In this document: one piece after another, positions 38,003 to 52,671 of the stretch | Numbering within the stretch: the stretch's first letter is position 1 | How the letters are laid out: each line of letters opens with the position of its first letter | Source of the DNA: Camelus dromedarius | Taxonomy: Eukaryota | Reading direction: 5' to 3' | NCBI RefSeq assembly: GCF_036321535.1 | Contig: NC_087436.1 | Location: forward strand, 103,604,001-103,668,000 | DNA length: 64,000 nucleotides | Position numbers and translations under genes: made by a program | Notes under the pieces: generated by a model | What the model saw: the letters and a program-made list of their open reading frames with translations, nothing else | Databases searched by the model: none | Told to the model about the DNA's origin: nothing

Positions 38003-38360
38003 CTTTTAGTCTGTTTGAGCTGCTATAACAAAAACATGATATAGACTGGGTGGCTTATGCAACAAATTTTTATTTCCCACAGCTCTGGAGGCTGGAAATG
38101 GAAGAGCAAGGTGCCGATAGATTTGCTGTCTGGGGAGAGCCTGCTTCCGGGTTCATAGGCTGCTGTCTTCTCACTGGGTCCTTACACAGTGGATGGGGGA
38201 AGGGAGCTCTCCAGGATCTTTCTTATAAGGGCACTAATCCCACTCCTGAGGGTTCCTCCCTCATGAAATAATCACCCCCAAAATGTCTCTACCTCTTAAT
38301 AAGGATTTGGGGTAAGGGTTTCAATATACAAATTTGGGAGAGACATAAACACTGCATTCA
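38003..38360 (-). mobile_element. MLT1A-like solo LTR inserted in a MIR
   Basis: gctgctataacaaaa...atagactgggtggcttat...tcttataagggcactaatccc. Confidence 0.85.
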
Positions 38361-41321
38361 TCTCACTTTCTGCAAAAAGGCAATGATGATAGTATACCCG
38401 CCATATAAAGTTATTTTAGGCCATAGGAGAATATTTGCATAAAATTATCTTAGCATACTAACTGTCACATATTAAGAATTTAATAAATATTTGCTATTCT
38501 TGTTCTTATTATCATCTGGAATTTAGAACAACTCTATGTAGCCTTCCCTCAAGAAATATCCAATTATTTCTCTAAAAACAATTAGTCTTCATATCTTTGC
38601 CTTATTCCTGATGCTGTGATGTCTCAGAAAGTAGCAACTTGGTTTGGCTCTGGCACCTGCTGACCCAAATCTCTACAAGGGACAGCTGATAACTAACAAG
38701 GTGCTGACCCCTCTTCTAGAATTCTCTCACACACGTGCATAGTGAATCCAATTAAATCTCAAACAGTACCTTCAACTTTTCATAAAAATGCCAAATCCAT
38801 ACAAGAATATGCAATGTCTTGCTCACTCAACTCCCCCCCGAAAAACACAGGAATGATAAACCACCACCACCAGCACCAAGAGCACCCGTATCTATGTGAC
38901 CCTATCCCTTCAAAGCGCGTTCACATAAGTGCTCTTCCTTGAACCTCACAGTGATCCTGTGAAGCATGTAGGGCATTTGCAGCCTCCCTGGGGCAGCTGA
39001 TGAAACAGCTTATTTGTATATGAGTCTGTCAACTGTGTAAAGGAATTTAGAATCCATGTAGCCTAGATGAGACGCTGGGGGCCACCTCTCACTTACAGAC
39101 TTTGTTTGCTGTTGTCTCCGCCCTGAGAACTTAGATATTCTGCACTGGGAGCCCAAAAATACAGAGATGAAATATTTCCTTTTCTTTTCAACTCCCAACT
39201 CCAGCATTATGAGCTGTTCACCCTTGTGCAATTCACTTAACCTTTGTGAACTTCAATTTCTTTAACTGTAAGGTTGGCGATAGTAATACCTCCCTTAGAG
39301 GACTATAAGGATTGCAAGTAATAACGTGGAAAGTAGCTCATAGGACCCTTCAAAGGAAGGTTAGCTGCATTCTTTTCTCTCGAGAGGCCACTGCACCACA
39401 TAAGGAGAACAGAGTGACCCAAATCCCTATTCACCCACCAAGTTCAATACAGACACATAAGCTGAACCATCAAGCAAGACAGCCAAACCGTGAATGAAGG
39501 ATTGCGGCAAACTTCTATGTTCATGCTGCAAAAAGGTCGTGGTTACTGAGTCTTATTTTTCACCAGCTTCTTCTCTGATTCAGGAAAGCAAAGTTTACCT
39601 ATGTTTTTCTTTCGTCAATATCAGTGATTCCTCCTCCATTCCATATGCTGAATATAGGGTAATCCTCCAGGAGTATTATTAGAAAGAGAGTTTTAAAATA
39701 ATAGAAAAAAAGTCTTAAAATTTATAAAGTTTACTTATTTTTTAATCTCTTAAATTATCCTTTTTTTCAAAGGATGGATGCTCTGATATAGTATCATAAA
39801 AACAAAGCATATTTAACCCTCTCTTGCTTAATGTGGCCAACACTGCTGCTTGCTGAATTTACTTCTCCATTTGACATCCAGCTTGAAACCTGAGCTCCAA
39901 TTAAAAAAATTTTTAATATAGGTTATGTATTGTATGTATGTTACATATTTTCTAGAACCAATAGCTTAGTTTATGTTTTTCAACTGGTATTATTAGGACC
40001 CTAAAACATCTTCATGAGATAGAATATTGAACAATTTTATTGCTCATTCTCTGAGGCCCTTTGATATTGTCCCATTTGGAAAAGAAAAGAGCACTCGTAT
40101 AAAGGCTCCCAAAAAGACATCGTTACTTCTCTCAGCTGCAAAATGAGCAAGTCAAAGGCTGCAAAAAGGGAGGTATCATCCAATGTTGAAGCTACCAACT
40201 CTGTATTTCTGTGACTCCAGGAAGCCCAGCCTGGCATCCACCCTCACCCTCATCCCCACACTTGTCCACACACTCCACTAACTAACCTAATCTCCCCCGC
40301 CTCCCACATCCTTCCACGCTACCCTCTGAAACATATAGACTGTCTTAAAAAAAATAAAAATAGAAGCTTTGATATCCTTAACTTTCTTGAAGTTTCCATT
40401 AACTTTTCTTTTTTTACTTGATTGATTGAAGGCCAATTTGTGAGGGTACCCTTGGCCCTGCACCCTCTCAAGTGGACAATGACTTTCTTCTCCCTCACCC
40501 CAAACCTCTCAATGCTAGAAATAGGCAGAATACTCCTTTGTCCCATTTTCACTTCCAAGCTATTTTTATCTTTCCCCCTGCATATACACAAAAAAATCTT
40601 AATGGTAGATTTTGAAGTTTTAAACATTATAAATAATAACCATTACCCCTCTCCTTTTCTGTAAATGTCATTTCCTGATCTCTCAGTGACATTCCTCTCT
40701 TTTCTTAAAAAAAAAAATAAATAAAATATTAAGATGCTCATGATATCTGTTTCCACCTCTTACCTGATCAAGTGTATCCTTGAAAACACTCGAGATACTC
40801 TTGGATAATCCACTCACGACTCTAATCTCTCTTTTTCTTGACTTTCTCCTTTACAATTATCTTTTCCTCCAGCCCAGTTAAGCCTCCAATTACTATTACC
40901 ACTGTCATCTCAATATTTGCAATTTCTCCTATAATTCCAGCTTACTAATTCTAGAAACTCCACTCAAAAAATTCATTATTTTTCTATATTGCCCAATTAT
41001 TATTCTAATGTTCATTAATGTATAATTTCATACATCACAATGCACAAATCTTAAGTGTTTATTTAGCTCAATAAATTTGGGAAAATGAATATCCTTTTTT
41101 TTTCCCCATATGGTTATGACTTTTTCTGGTTTTTAATTAACTTAAAGTTAACTTCTACTTTTATTTCCCTACCCCAAAGTCCTATACTATATTCTTGACT
41201 TGTCATTTGACTTGACTTTCATACAGAGGTCTTCAATCTACCAGAAACTGAGTTTTGTGTATATCCATGTTTTGTGGATATCTTTCACAGCACCTTTTCT
41301 TTTTTTATGATGCTATCACTT

Positions 41322-41780
41322 TCTTTTTTATTTTGGTAAAATACATTAAACATAAAATTTACCATCTTAACCTTTTTAAAGTGCACAGTTCAGTGATATT
41401 AAGTACTTTGCATTGCTGTTGCAAACATCACCTGCACCCACATCCAAAACTTTTTCATCTTCTCAAACTGAAACTCTTTCCCCACTAAACAATAACTCCT
41501 TATTTTCTCCTCCCACCAGGCCTTGGCAACCATGATTCTACTTTCTGTCTATTTGAATTTAGTTCCTTTAAGTATTCCATATAAGTGGAATCATATACTT
41601 GTCCTGGTTTATTTCAATTAGCATGGTGGCTTCAGAGTTCATTCATGTAGAAGTATGTGTCAAAATTTCCTTCTTTGTTAAGGCTGGATAATATTCCATT
41701 TTATTTTTATGCTAAATTTTCTTTATACATCATCTGTGGGCTTCACAATGCTGCTGGGAACATGGGTGTACAAATGTCCA
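41322..41780 (-). mobile_element. L1MB-like 3' end
   Basis: acataaaatttaccatcttaacctttttaaagtgcacagttcagtg. Confidence 0.8.
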
Positions 41781-41789
41781 CTATCTTTT

Positions 41790-42335
41790 ATTAAGTGTTA
41801 ATATATATGTGGTGTAATTCTAGATGCTCAATTATATTGCAATGGGCTGTTCCATCCATAATATCATATTTTGGAAAAATTCCTCAAAATAAACTTCTAT
41901 ATCCAGTAGAAAAAAAGTGGTTTTGCCTGCTTATTCTTCTTTAAGAATGTTCAAAAATTAACCTTTTGCATTTCCATATAAATTTTATTATCATTTTGTA
42001 AGATTCCTTCCAAAAATATTGAAAGCATTGATTTTTATTGGGATTGCATTATATCTATTAATTAATCTAAGTAGAATTTAGTTATGTGACTGAGACTTCA
42101 AGTCCATGAATATGGTGTAGCTGTCAGTTATTTAGTTATTCCTCATATCTCTAATCAAGTTCTGTTATGTCCTCTGTAGAGGGTGTATATTTTATTAGAC
42201 TTATCCTAGATACTTGATATTTTTGATGCAATTGCTAAGAAAACAATTTTTATTTCTACCTATTATTTTGCTGTTGTATTGAAACATAATTGATTTTTGC
42301 ATATTGATTTTGTACCTATCTCTATTGCTAGAACT
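41790..42335 (-). mobile_element. Old L1 ORF2 fragment
   Basis: ttttgcatttccatataaatttta...gggattgcatt...ttgatttttgcatattgattttgtacc. Confidence 0.7.
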
Positions 42336-44030
42336 GCAAAGAAATTGAACAATTATTACAGTTTACAAGATTCAATGTAAGAAAATCAATTTTATTTCTA
42401 TATACCAGAAACAAATCATTGGAAAAAGAAACTTTAAACATACCACCTACAATAATGTCTAAAATCAAAGAATACTTAAGAATAAATTTGATTAAATACA
42501 TACAAAGCTGATACAGTGAAAATTACGAAGCATTGCTAAGGAAAATTAAAGAAGACCTAAATAAATGAATAGATATACCATGTTCGTGGATTAACAGACT
42601 CAGCATTGTTAAGATGCCAATTCTCTCTAATTTGATCTATGGATTCAATAATACCCTAAGCAGAATTCAAATGGTACATTTTGGAAAAAGTAATAAAGTA
42701 AAGCTATAATTTACATATAAAAGTAAAGAAAAAGAAAATAAATTAGAATATACACTACCTAATTTCAAGATTTACAATAAAACTATAGTAATCTACACAA
42801 TATGTTATTGATGTAAGACAATTTGTAGAGAACAACAGAATAATAAGCCCAATAGAATAAACCCACATTGACAGGTTCAATTAATTTTTGACAAAAATGC
42901 CAAGATATTACAGGTATAACAAAATAGTGAAACAGTAACCTTATCAAAAGATGATGCTGTTATAACCAGGTAACTACATGAAAAAAAAATGAAAAATTAA
43001 TCATAGACGTAAGCTAAAAGTAAATTGCCCTAATTTTAGATGAAAACAGAAGAGAAAATATTTCTGACCTTGGAAAAAATAAAGTTTCCTTACACAGGAG
43101 ACATAAAATCATGGAACATAAAAATAATCATAATAAACTGGACTTTATCAAAATTAAAAACTTCTGGTCTTTGAAAGACACCATTAAGAAAAATAAAGAG
43201 TAGTAAGTAAAGGTTTGGATGTGATAAAATATTTGCAACATATATGTTACAAAAGTTTGCATCTACCATATTTAAGTAATTCTTACCAATCAATAAGAAG
43301 AGAAACTACACACATACATACACACATACAATATCAAAAGATTTGAACTGATACTTCATAAAAGAAAATATGCGAATGGCAGTTAAGCACATGAAAAAAT
43401 ACTCAACATCATTAGCAATCAAAGAAATGCAAATTTAAACTTAAATGAGATATTACTATGTATCCATTTGAGTGAGTAGAAGTAAATACCAGGTCACATC
43501 AAATATTGGTTAGTATGTGGAGCAATCAGAACACTAATACATTGCTAGAGGAGCTGCAAAATGATACAGTTGCTTTGCAAAACTGTTTGTCAGTACCCTA
43601 CAAAATTAAACATTAATTTATAATATTACAATAAGTATGCTCTTAGTTATTTACCAAAAGAAATTAAAAATATGTCCACATAAAGACTCATACAAAAGTG
43701 TCCACACCAGTGTTAACTATACATGCATATAACATAAATTAAAAAAAATTATGTTGAGTGAAAAAAGTAAGACAAAATTGAGTTCATATTATACGACCAT
43801 TTATTTGCAGTTCTAAAACAGGAGAAACAAAGCTATAGTGACAGAAAACCTATCAGTGTTTGCTTAGAGCTGGAAAGTGGGTGCATAGAGGTATAGCTTG
43901 CAAAGTACACAGGAAACTTTTGGGTTGATGGAAATGTTCTACATTTTACCTTAACAGTAATGAGTATTCACACTTGCCAAATCTCTGAATCAGTCTAATT
44001 TATGTTTGCGAAATACAATCCAACATATAT
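42336..44030 (+). mobile_element. Old L1 (L1MC/ME-like) ORF2 3' part and 3' UTR
   Basis: aaagaagacctaaataaatgaatagatataccatgttcgtgg; actggactttatcaaaattaaaaacttctg; ggttgatggaaatgttct. Confidence 0.85.
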
Positions 44031-45893
44031 TATCTTCTAAAAAGAAGAAAACACTAGTTTCAATTTAGGGCCAATAGGAAACACAGAACAAACACTGTGA
44101 TTAAAAATTCAGATGGTACATGGGAAATAAAGTTGCTGTTTGGAAAGTCCTACACATGGCCTGTATACCAGTATAATTTGTGGCTCAATGGTTTTCATTT
44201 TGAATGAGGAAAATTTGGGATATGATACAATTATGAGTTTATAATTCATGTGAATAAGAATGAGTGAGAAACTGAACTCTGACCACTACCTAATGAAGTA
44301 TGCATAAAGATTATCTGTCCAGATGAAAATTAACAAAAGGAAAAAACTTACAGAAGAAAAACATCATTTTAGAAATTCTGCAGCAAATCCAAAACTATTC
44401 AATAACAAAATAGAAAAAGGTCGACTAACATTTTGTATTGGAGATGAATTTTAAAATACCATAATACATAATAAAATATATAGTTGTACACATTATATGT
44501 AAAAGGTTTTACAAGTACTATAATGTATTATTTTGAATGTTTCAAATACATGTAAGAGTAGTACATTGTTCTTGTATTTATTCTACCTTTCGGGGTATAA
44601 AATTGTTTAAGGAAAAAAAACTCTAGGGCAAAGAACTGAAGTTGGAAGGATCTTCAAACCCAGGATTTTGCACCAGGGTGTTTGTATCTACCTATATTCT
44701 GCAAAATATTGGTGGTTTTTCTGAAATGTGAAACATGATTATGTGATTTGCTTCACTACTCTATTTTATTATTTCAGACTATTTTTGTGTCTGATCTTTC
44801 TATCAATATCTTTCAACTATTATCATTTGAAAATGTGATTTCCAGACACCAGCCAAAGGATTTGAAAGCAAAACACTTCCCCCGTGTGTTGGAACTGGGT
44901 ATTGGTGTTTTCTCAATAATTAAGTCATTCATCTGCTGCCTTTTCTTTTCCAGGGTTGAGTATGAGAATTCCAATGCCATTCCTATCCTCAATCCTTCAT
45001 AGCTGGCCTTCTCTCTGGGAAAAATAAAAATTATCTGGGCAAAGTGTGCCAGTACTGAGACCATTCTTTTTTTGTCCAATTATTGGGGAAAAGATTATCA
45101 TGCTGGAATGAGTACCCTTAAAATACCAGACATACCAATGTAGGTCAGTTTGCAATCTTAACTATAGACTACTTATATACCTTAGAAGAGGAGTTTTCAA
45201 CACAGCAAAAACTAAGTGCCATTGTCAATATGGATATGACCTTTCAGTTATGAATATGAAACTGGATATGGATATGAGAGGAAAGATTGAGTGGACTTCT
45301 CCCAAAACGAGAAATTATTTTCCACCTCTTTTTTTCTCATTATAATTCCCATAAGAACTCCTTTCGTTAATTATAACACTACCGCTTGCAGTCAAAGCTG
45401 AAAGGATAGCAAAAAAAATATTTACATCAGGAGAGAAGGGAACCTGTAATATTTGAAATACAAAATGAAGGATAACAATATTTAGCCTGAAAAAACTGGA
45501 AAGTTGCACGCTCTCCTACATTGACAACAGTGGTCGATGAAAACTGAATTCCATTCCTTTCTATTTGACACAATCTAATTTTCTTAGTCTTTAAAGTTTT
45601 GAAATAAAAGTCAATTTCATCTGAGAAGCAAATAATGATGCTATTGTTACTACCTTAGAATTTCATCCAATTATTTCAATAAAATCAAAAACTGGGAATT
45701 CCATTAAAGGAATTTGGCAGGAAATTACCACCTGATTTATGTAAACTTAACCATCAGCATTTCAACTGACTGGGAAGATGGTGCAAATGTAATGCTTTTA
45801 ACAAGACAAACATGTATGCGGCATGCAGGATAATTTACTTTTCTGCTGCAACTTTCATTTTCTTTTCTATAAATTTGGAAAGTTGAATTAGAT

Positions 45894-46094
45894 CAGAAAA
45901 CTGCAGTTTGTGCCCCAAATCCAGCCTGCCACCCACATTCACATGTGAAGTTTTATTGGAACACATCACATCCATTTGTTAACATGCTGTTTGGGGCTGC
46001 TTTTGTGCCAAGATGTCAAAGTTGAGTACTTGTCCCTGGGACCATATATCTGAGCATAAATCCAAAAATATTTACAGAAGTTTAAAGACCCCTG
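45894..46094. mobile_element. MER58A-like hAT-Charlie MITE
   Basis: ccaaatccagcctgcc...gttttattggaacac...gacccctg; perfect 8-bp TSD aattagat at 45886-45893 and 46095-46102. Confidence 0.8.
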
Positions 46095-47859
46095 AATTAG
46101 ATAATAATGACTAATGAAAATTTCACATTTCTGGAGCACTTTATATGTTCCACATACTATACTAACAACTTTATTATGTGCTTCACTTTATTTATACTTG
46201 TAATAACATATAAAATGATTACACACCCTGGGGGAATTGATCCCAATTCAGTTAGGGTGACTTTAAAGTCCTCATTCTTAAATGACAAATGTCAATCTAA
46301 CTAAGGACAAGGTATACTTGTGGGATGTGAATAGTGCATAAGATAAGAAGCAAAGGACTTAAGGAGTCAAGTGCATGAGTAAAATGAAAATTGTTAAATG
46401 GGCTATTTGAGGACAGGCATGATGTCTTCCTTTTTGTTGCCCTAGTAACAATCACAGAACTGTCATGTAGTTGGCACCTACTAAAAATTGCATGAATGCA
46501 TCAAGTCTGTGAGCTTAAAGGATCTTAATATTGTATGAGATGAGAAAAGACAATATGCAACCATAATGGAAGCCAGATATATTATGGAGTAGTCCTTTAA
46601 GTAACCCGGGAAAAGTAAGATGTGTTATTTGAGGAAGGAGCAATCAAAGTTCAAGTTTTCCATGATACTTTTGAGTGAGAAAATAAGTAGGAATGGGATG
46701 AAGCTTGGATCTAGCTGCAGAATCTGTCTTCCAGAGTACAGCTGCAAATTCCAGCTTATTCTCCAAGACCTAAACACTTACCATCGTACATCTGGAAAGA
46801 GCTGGGAATACAAGTACTAACTACTCTTTCTGCCACTTTTTCTTGTCTGTGATGAGACCTCCTAGACAAGAGATCTGCTTTCTAACTGGGAAATATTATG
46901 ATTTTTTTTCACTTCATTCAAAACATCTGATTGAATAATTCCTAACATCCTGTAGCAAGTCTCTCGGCAATGTCAGAAAGCTCAGTTCCAAATCCCAACA
47001 AGCAAAGGTATTGAGTGATGTCATATAGATTCCATGTATTAGAGTAAGAGATCCCCAGAACAACTAACCAAGGCCAGGGATTACTGGGGTTGATTAAATA
47101 TTTTCTTTCATGTATTCTCTGGGTTTATACATCTATCGCTTTGGAACTTCTTCTGAATGGAAGGTATTTGTCCCCCTCTGCATCAGTAGCCCTTCAGTAA
47201 CTCAAAAACTGTTTACCCTTTAACCACGACTCATCTCAGCTCAATACTAGGACAGATATTGTGACCATAATGTGATAGAAAGACACAGGTAGAGGCCACT
47301 TGATCTCTGTCAAATCTCCAGAATTTATGTTTATATCAACAAGTCTGTGCTAAACTGCTGTAAGTCATAGAAGAAGGAAGGGTTACCTACTGGTGACTTA
47401 CCATTGAAGCCTATTGTCTTGATGGAAGGATGGGCCATGCTTTTCAACTATTATACATGTGGAGTGAGGATAGGAGCAAAACAAACAAGCAAACAACCAA
47501 AAACTGGAATCATATAAATAATTAACCTCAGAAGCCAGAATATCAAGTAACAGTGACTTCCCACATGGTCATACGTGTGAATAGGAATATGGAAGGCTTC
47601 TATTCTTAATATCCTGAGGCAAATGGAGGTCTTGGATTTTGTGAAATAAAACACAGCCAGTTATAATCAATGCACTTGGGTGAAAAATTCATCTCACAAT
47701 CAAAGAAAATCTAGAATAGTTTTAAATCTTCAGATGCACCCGAAACATCTTCAAAGTTGACTTTCTGTCTCATTGAGCTCTCTCAAATCCACATACCATC
47801 CCAATGGTTTCAGAGCCCTTACAACAAAATGGCATTCTCCATCCTCTGCATTTAATTTT

Positions 47860-48417
47860 GAGAACCAAGACCACCTGCATCCACATAGCTTTAACTATCT
47901 AGACTGAAATCTGAAGCCACTTGTGTCAACATGACTCTAACTTATTTGTTCCAGGAGATTCTTGTCCAGGAAGATAAGGCTGTAAACCAATAAATAACTT
48001 CACTATTGGTTCCAGGAATTTCCTAAAAGCCAATACATTTGAATGAATAGTTTGCTTATCTGGTCAAACAGCCCCTGCTCTAGGAACAATGATGTTTCAC
48101 TTGGCCAAACAACTCACTTATTAAACAGCTGCTTATTTATCAAAACTCCCTTCAAGATTCTTGCTTCCCTGTGCCCACCAAACTAAAAATACTGCATCAT
48201 GAGCATTACCCAATCCTTATCAGATAATGTGCCTTGAAAGACCTATCTTAAAGCATTTGATCCCAGAATCCAAACTCCTATCAGTATCTACTCCAGACTT
48301 CTCCTTTTTGAGACACTACTGAGACTGTCAAAGTAGCCCTCTCCCTCACTGTAGGTTTAATGAACTTAGCTTTGTTTGAATAACCATTTCTCCTGATGGT
48401 TTTTTGAGGAATTGACA
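47860..48417 (+). mobile_element. MER34-like ERV1 LTR
   Basis: tgccttgaaagacc...gagacactactgagact...aacttagctttg...attgaca. Start approximate. Confidence 0.6.
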
Positions 48418-49229
48418 GTTAATCCTTCGCAACTATTTCAAACTGTCAGCTGCAATCTCTCCTGGCATCTACATGGTTAAACCTCAGTAAGCATGGTGGG
48501 ACTACAGAAGGACAACTACTGAGGAGATGTGTGTGGAAAACTTACTACACCTTCAGGCATTCTAAACTAGCTTGTCAAAAACAAATAAGACCACAATTTT
48601 ATCCAAAATCAAAAAAGTGATTTTGTCATATATATGTATATTCATGAATCATCAGATACCTTTAAAAGACTATGATGAGGTTTTCTGATTCACATTTCAG
48701 ATTTTTTAATAAGAAGTAATAATATCTGGAGAGATAGGAAGAAGAGAAAGGACTCCAAGCACAATTTTATAATATACATTTTGCTGTTTTAAATAACTTC
48801 TCAACCCTCATTGCCATCAACACCACCTCAATTCCTTTACTTCTTCTTCTCTTGGTAAATGGTTTAATAGACATCAGGTGTCCAACAATGTTGCCCATGT
48901 TATTTTGAGATGTTGAATCTTCCATGCTGGCTTAATTTTGTCAGCCAGAAAATTTCTTTGTTGTTTGTTTGTTTGTTTGTTTGTTTCTTTCTTTCTTTCT
49001 TTCTTTCCTTCTTCCTCTGTTTGATTTGCCTCTTCTGTTGCTTGCAATATACAAATAGTTCTAATAATGCTATGCTATTTTATATCAATGATTACCTGGA
49101 GATGCTATGGAAAATATGCTTCATAAATAATACATTGATGAAAAAGCCATTTAAATTTTTTTCTGCTTAATTATATCTATGCCATTTGATCTCACCATCC
49201 CCTATTACCTACTCTCCTGGTAATTACAT

Positions 49230-49566
49230 ATTCTGTCTTTCTAAGAGTTTTTATTAATTACTGGGCTAGTTTAAAAATTTTCCAGGTACAACACCTCTGG
49301 GGTAAAAGGGCTATCTCTAGTTGCCTGGCACCTGGCCTTGGGATGATTACAGCAAAGGAATATTGTCTCTTGGAGTAAAAGCCATATAAAAGGGGTGGTT
49401 TGGAATATGGGCTCTGGACTGGTTAGTTTGCATATTAAAATAATGTTCCTGAAAAAAATAATTTGTGATCTCTAAGAATCAGGGCAATTTCTCTCAAGTC
49501 AGTGAGGGCTCAGATGCCAGAGCAACAAGAATACGAAAAATAAGAAAAAGTAATTACTGCATAACA
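49230..49566 (-). mobile_element. Probable old ERV LTR fragment
   Basis: tttattaa, ggctctggactggttagtttgcata and a terminal taaca (TGTTA on minus). Family not assigned. Confidence 0.4.
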
Positions 49567-49569
49567 CGT

Positions 49570-50357
49570 GTTTGACTGAGTTATAACTTACATGTGGTAA
49601 AATACACAAATCTTAAATGCACAACATAATAAATTGTTTATATTTGTATACACCCGTGCAACCCACCAAGGTCAATGTCAAGACATTGCCATTACTCCAA
49701 AAGATCCCACTGAGTCCCTTTCCAGTTAATACTTGCCTTTCCCTGCAGGGAAAGCATTGTTGTGACTTCTGTAACCATGAGCTAGAATTGCCTGATCTTG
49801 CACTCCATAAAAGTGGAATCGTACATTATGAAACTTTTTTATCTGTCTTCCTTCATTCAATATTATCTTTCTTGGATTCATTGTGTGGTTGCACTTATCA
49901 GAATTTGTTACCTTTTATTGTGGAGAATTCCTAATATGAATATACTGAAACATATTTTTCCACTCCCTAACAGTTGGGTCATTGTGAATATTCTTGTACA
50001 TGTTTTTCATGGTCATATGCACTCATTTCTCTTGGGTGTGGAATGGAATTGTGGAATCATAGGGTTGGTGTTATCTCTAGTTTTAGTGGAACACTGCAAA
50101 AATTTTTCCCAAAGTGGTTAAAACAATTAACCAACCCATCAACAATACATGAGAGTTTCCATTAATTCTACATTCATGGCAGCATTTGTAATTGACAGCC
50201 TTTTAAATTTTACCGTGCTGGTGGTCACATAGTAGTTTTCAACCATAGTTTTAATTTCCATTTCTTCAAAATGATGTTGAACACTTTTACATATGCATGT
50301 TGGTACCGCTTCAAGACTTTTCCCATTTTTCACATTGAATTCTCTGTGGTTTTTTTT

Positions 50358-50388
<31 letters not shown>

Positions 50389-50700
50389 GATTTGTAAAAT
50401 TTCTCGTCTATTCTGGATATGAGTCCTTTATCAGATAAATATTTTGAAAATCTTTCTTCCCAGTTTGGGGCTTGTCTTTCACCTTTCTTAATGATGCATT
50501 TTGATAAACAGAAGATCAATTTATCAGTTTTTACTTTTTATTGCTAGTACTTTTTGAATTATGTTCAGAAATTTTCACCAATCCCAACACTATGAAGATA
50601 ATCTTCTAAAAGCTTTATTTTTTTATCTTTCAGGTATATGTCTGTGATTCACATTGAATTAATATTTGCAAATGATGTGAATTAGAGTCCTCAATATTAC
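49570..50700 (-). mobile_element. L1ME-like 3' portion
   Basis: aaaatacacaaatcttaaatgcaca; ORF 50139-50519 is ORF2-like (RQAPNWEERFSKYLSDKGLISRI). Confidence 0.8.
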
Positions 50701-51356
50701 CAAAACTTTCTTCCTTACATTTGCAATGCAAACCAGTAATCCCTCTCTGAATTAAGGTATATCATAATAGCTACATTGTGAAGCTCTTTGTGTCATCATA
50801 AAGTCAGTAGTTTTGATGATTAGTGGAAGCCAAGTTTTAGAATTTTGTAATCACAATTTTTGCATGCAATTCAGAACGAACAAATACACCTATGACAATA
50901 AAGTCAACACAACCTAAATGTAGGATTCAGATATGCTGAGACATTTAAACTACCTAGCTTAAACCCTGCTCTTTCTTAAAATTTCCTTTGGGGTACCTTT
51001 AATGTAGTTGTCAACATGAGGTCAAGGTTTTGTTTTGTTGTTTCATGACATTTGTTTTTAGACGAAGTGCTGTATAAGCCCCAAATCTGTATACTTCTTT
51101 CAGCAACCCAACAATTCTACATAGTCATCAAGTATGTGTCTCACTCATCTTATGCTATTTATGACAAAACAGTCACACAAAGGTGCCCCTTAACCATAAT
51201 GCGACAGATTTTGGAAAATCTACCTAAATTGCCCTGTTAATGCCTAAAAAATATCCTACAAAGATAAAATCATGTTAATGGAAGAGAATGCAAAGTTGTT
51301 TGTCATCAGAGAACCTGAGACCTTTCTAGTTATCTGAAATAAAAAGAGGTGATTCT

Positions 51357-52671
51357 TTTTTTTTTATTGAAGTATAGTTGGTATACAATATTATATAAGT
51401 TACAGGTGTACAATATAGTAAGTTATAATTTTGAAAGGTTATGCTCCACTTACAGTTATTATAAACTATTGGCTATATTCCCTGGGTTATACAACATATC
51501 CTTGCAGCTTCCTTTATACATAATAGTTTGTACCTCGTAATTCTCTACCCTTATATTTCCCTATCCCCTCTTCCCTCACCCCACTGATAATCCCTAATTT
51601 GTTTTCCATATCTGTGAGTCTGTTTCTTTTTTGTTATATTCACTTGTTGGCTGTATTTTTTAGATTCTACATATAAGTGAAATCATACAGTATTTGTCTT
51701 TCTGTATCTGACTTATTTTTCTTAGCATGATACCCTCGAAGTCCATCAAAGTTGTTAAAAATGGCAAAATCTCAATCTTTTTTGTGGCTGAATACTAATT
51801 CCATTGTTTATCTATACCACATCTTCTTTATTTGTTCATCTGTTGATAGACATTTGGGTTGCTTCCATATCTTGGCAATTGTAAATAATGCTGCTGTAAA
51901 CACTGAGGTACATGTATCAAATTCAAATTAGTCTCTTCAATAAGTGGTGCTGGGAAAGCTGGACAGCTCCACGTAAAAGGATGAAATTAGAACATTCTCT
52001 AATATCATATACAAAAATAAACTCGTAATGGATTAAAGGCCTAAATGTAAGACCAGAAACCATAAAACCTCTACAGTAAAATGTAGGCCTAACACCCTTT
52101 GACATAAATGGTAGCAATATTTTTTTGCATCTGTCTCCTAAAGCAAAGGAAATAAAAACAAAAATAAGCAAATAGACCATGAACAAAGAACAAAGAAACC
52201 ATGGACAAAAATGAAATAAAATCTATAAAATAGGAGAAAAACATTTGCAAATAATATGACCGATAAGGGGTTAATAGTCAACATATATAAATAGTCCATA
52301 CAACTCAACATTGAAAAAACAAACAACCTAATTAAAAAATGGGCAGAAGACCTGAATAGACATTTTTCCAAAGAGGACATGCAGATGGCCAACAGACACA
52401 TGAAAAGATGCTCAACATCACTAATCATCAGGGAAATGCAAATCAAAACGATAGTGAGATATCATTTCACACCTGTCAGAATAGCTGTCATCAAAAAGAA
52501 CACAAATAACAAATGTTGGCAAGCATGTGGAGAAAAGGGAACCCTCAGCCACTGTTGGTGTGGATGTAAATTGGTGCCGGCACTGTGGAAAACAGTATGG
52601 AGGTTTCTCAAAAAAACAGGACTACCATATGACCCAGCAATTCCATTCCTGGGTATATATCCAAAGGAAAA
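51357..52671 (-). mobile_element. 5'-inverted L1 (minus ~51357-51919, plus ~51920-52671)
   Basis: ORF 52379 [24 protein letters not shown]...[16 protein letters not shown] is the L1 ORF2 C-terminus; tgattct at 51350-51356 and 52672-52678. Confidence 0.9.

Noticed and set aside
44813..45079. Faint resemblance of minus-strand frames (NGIGILILN; IEK...TRGK) to the enoyl-CoA hydratase-like protein ECHDC1
   Set aside because: It needs a stop and a frameshift, and the matches are short. Probably chance; TBLASTN would settle it.
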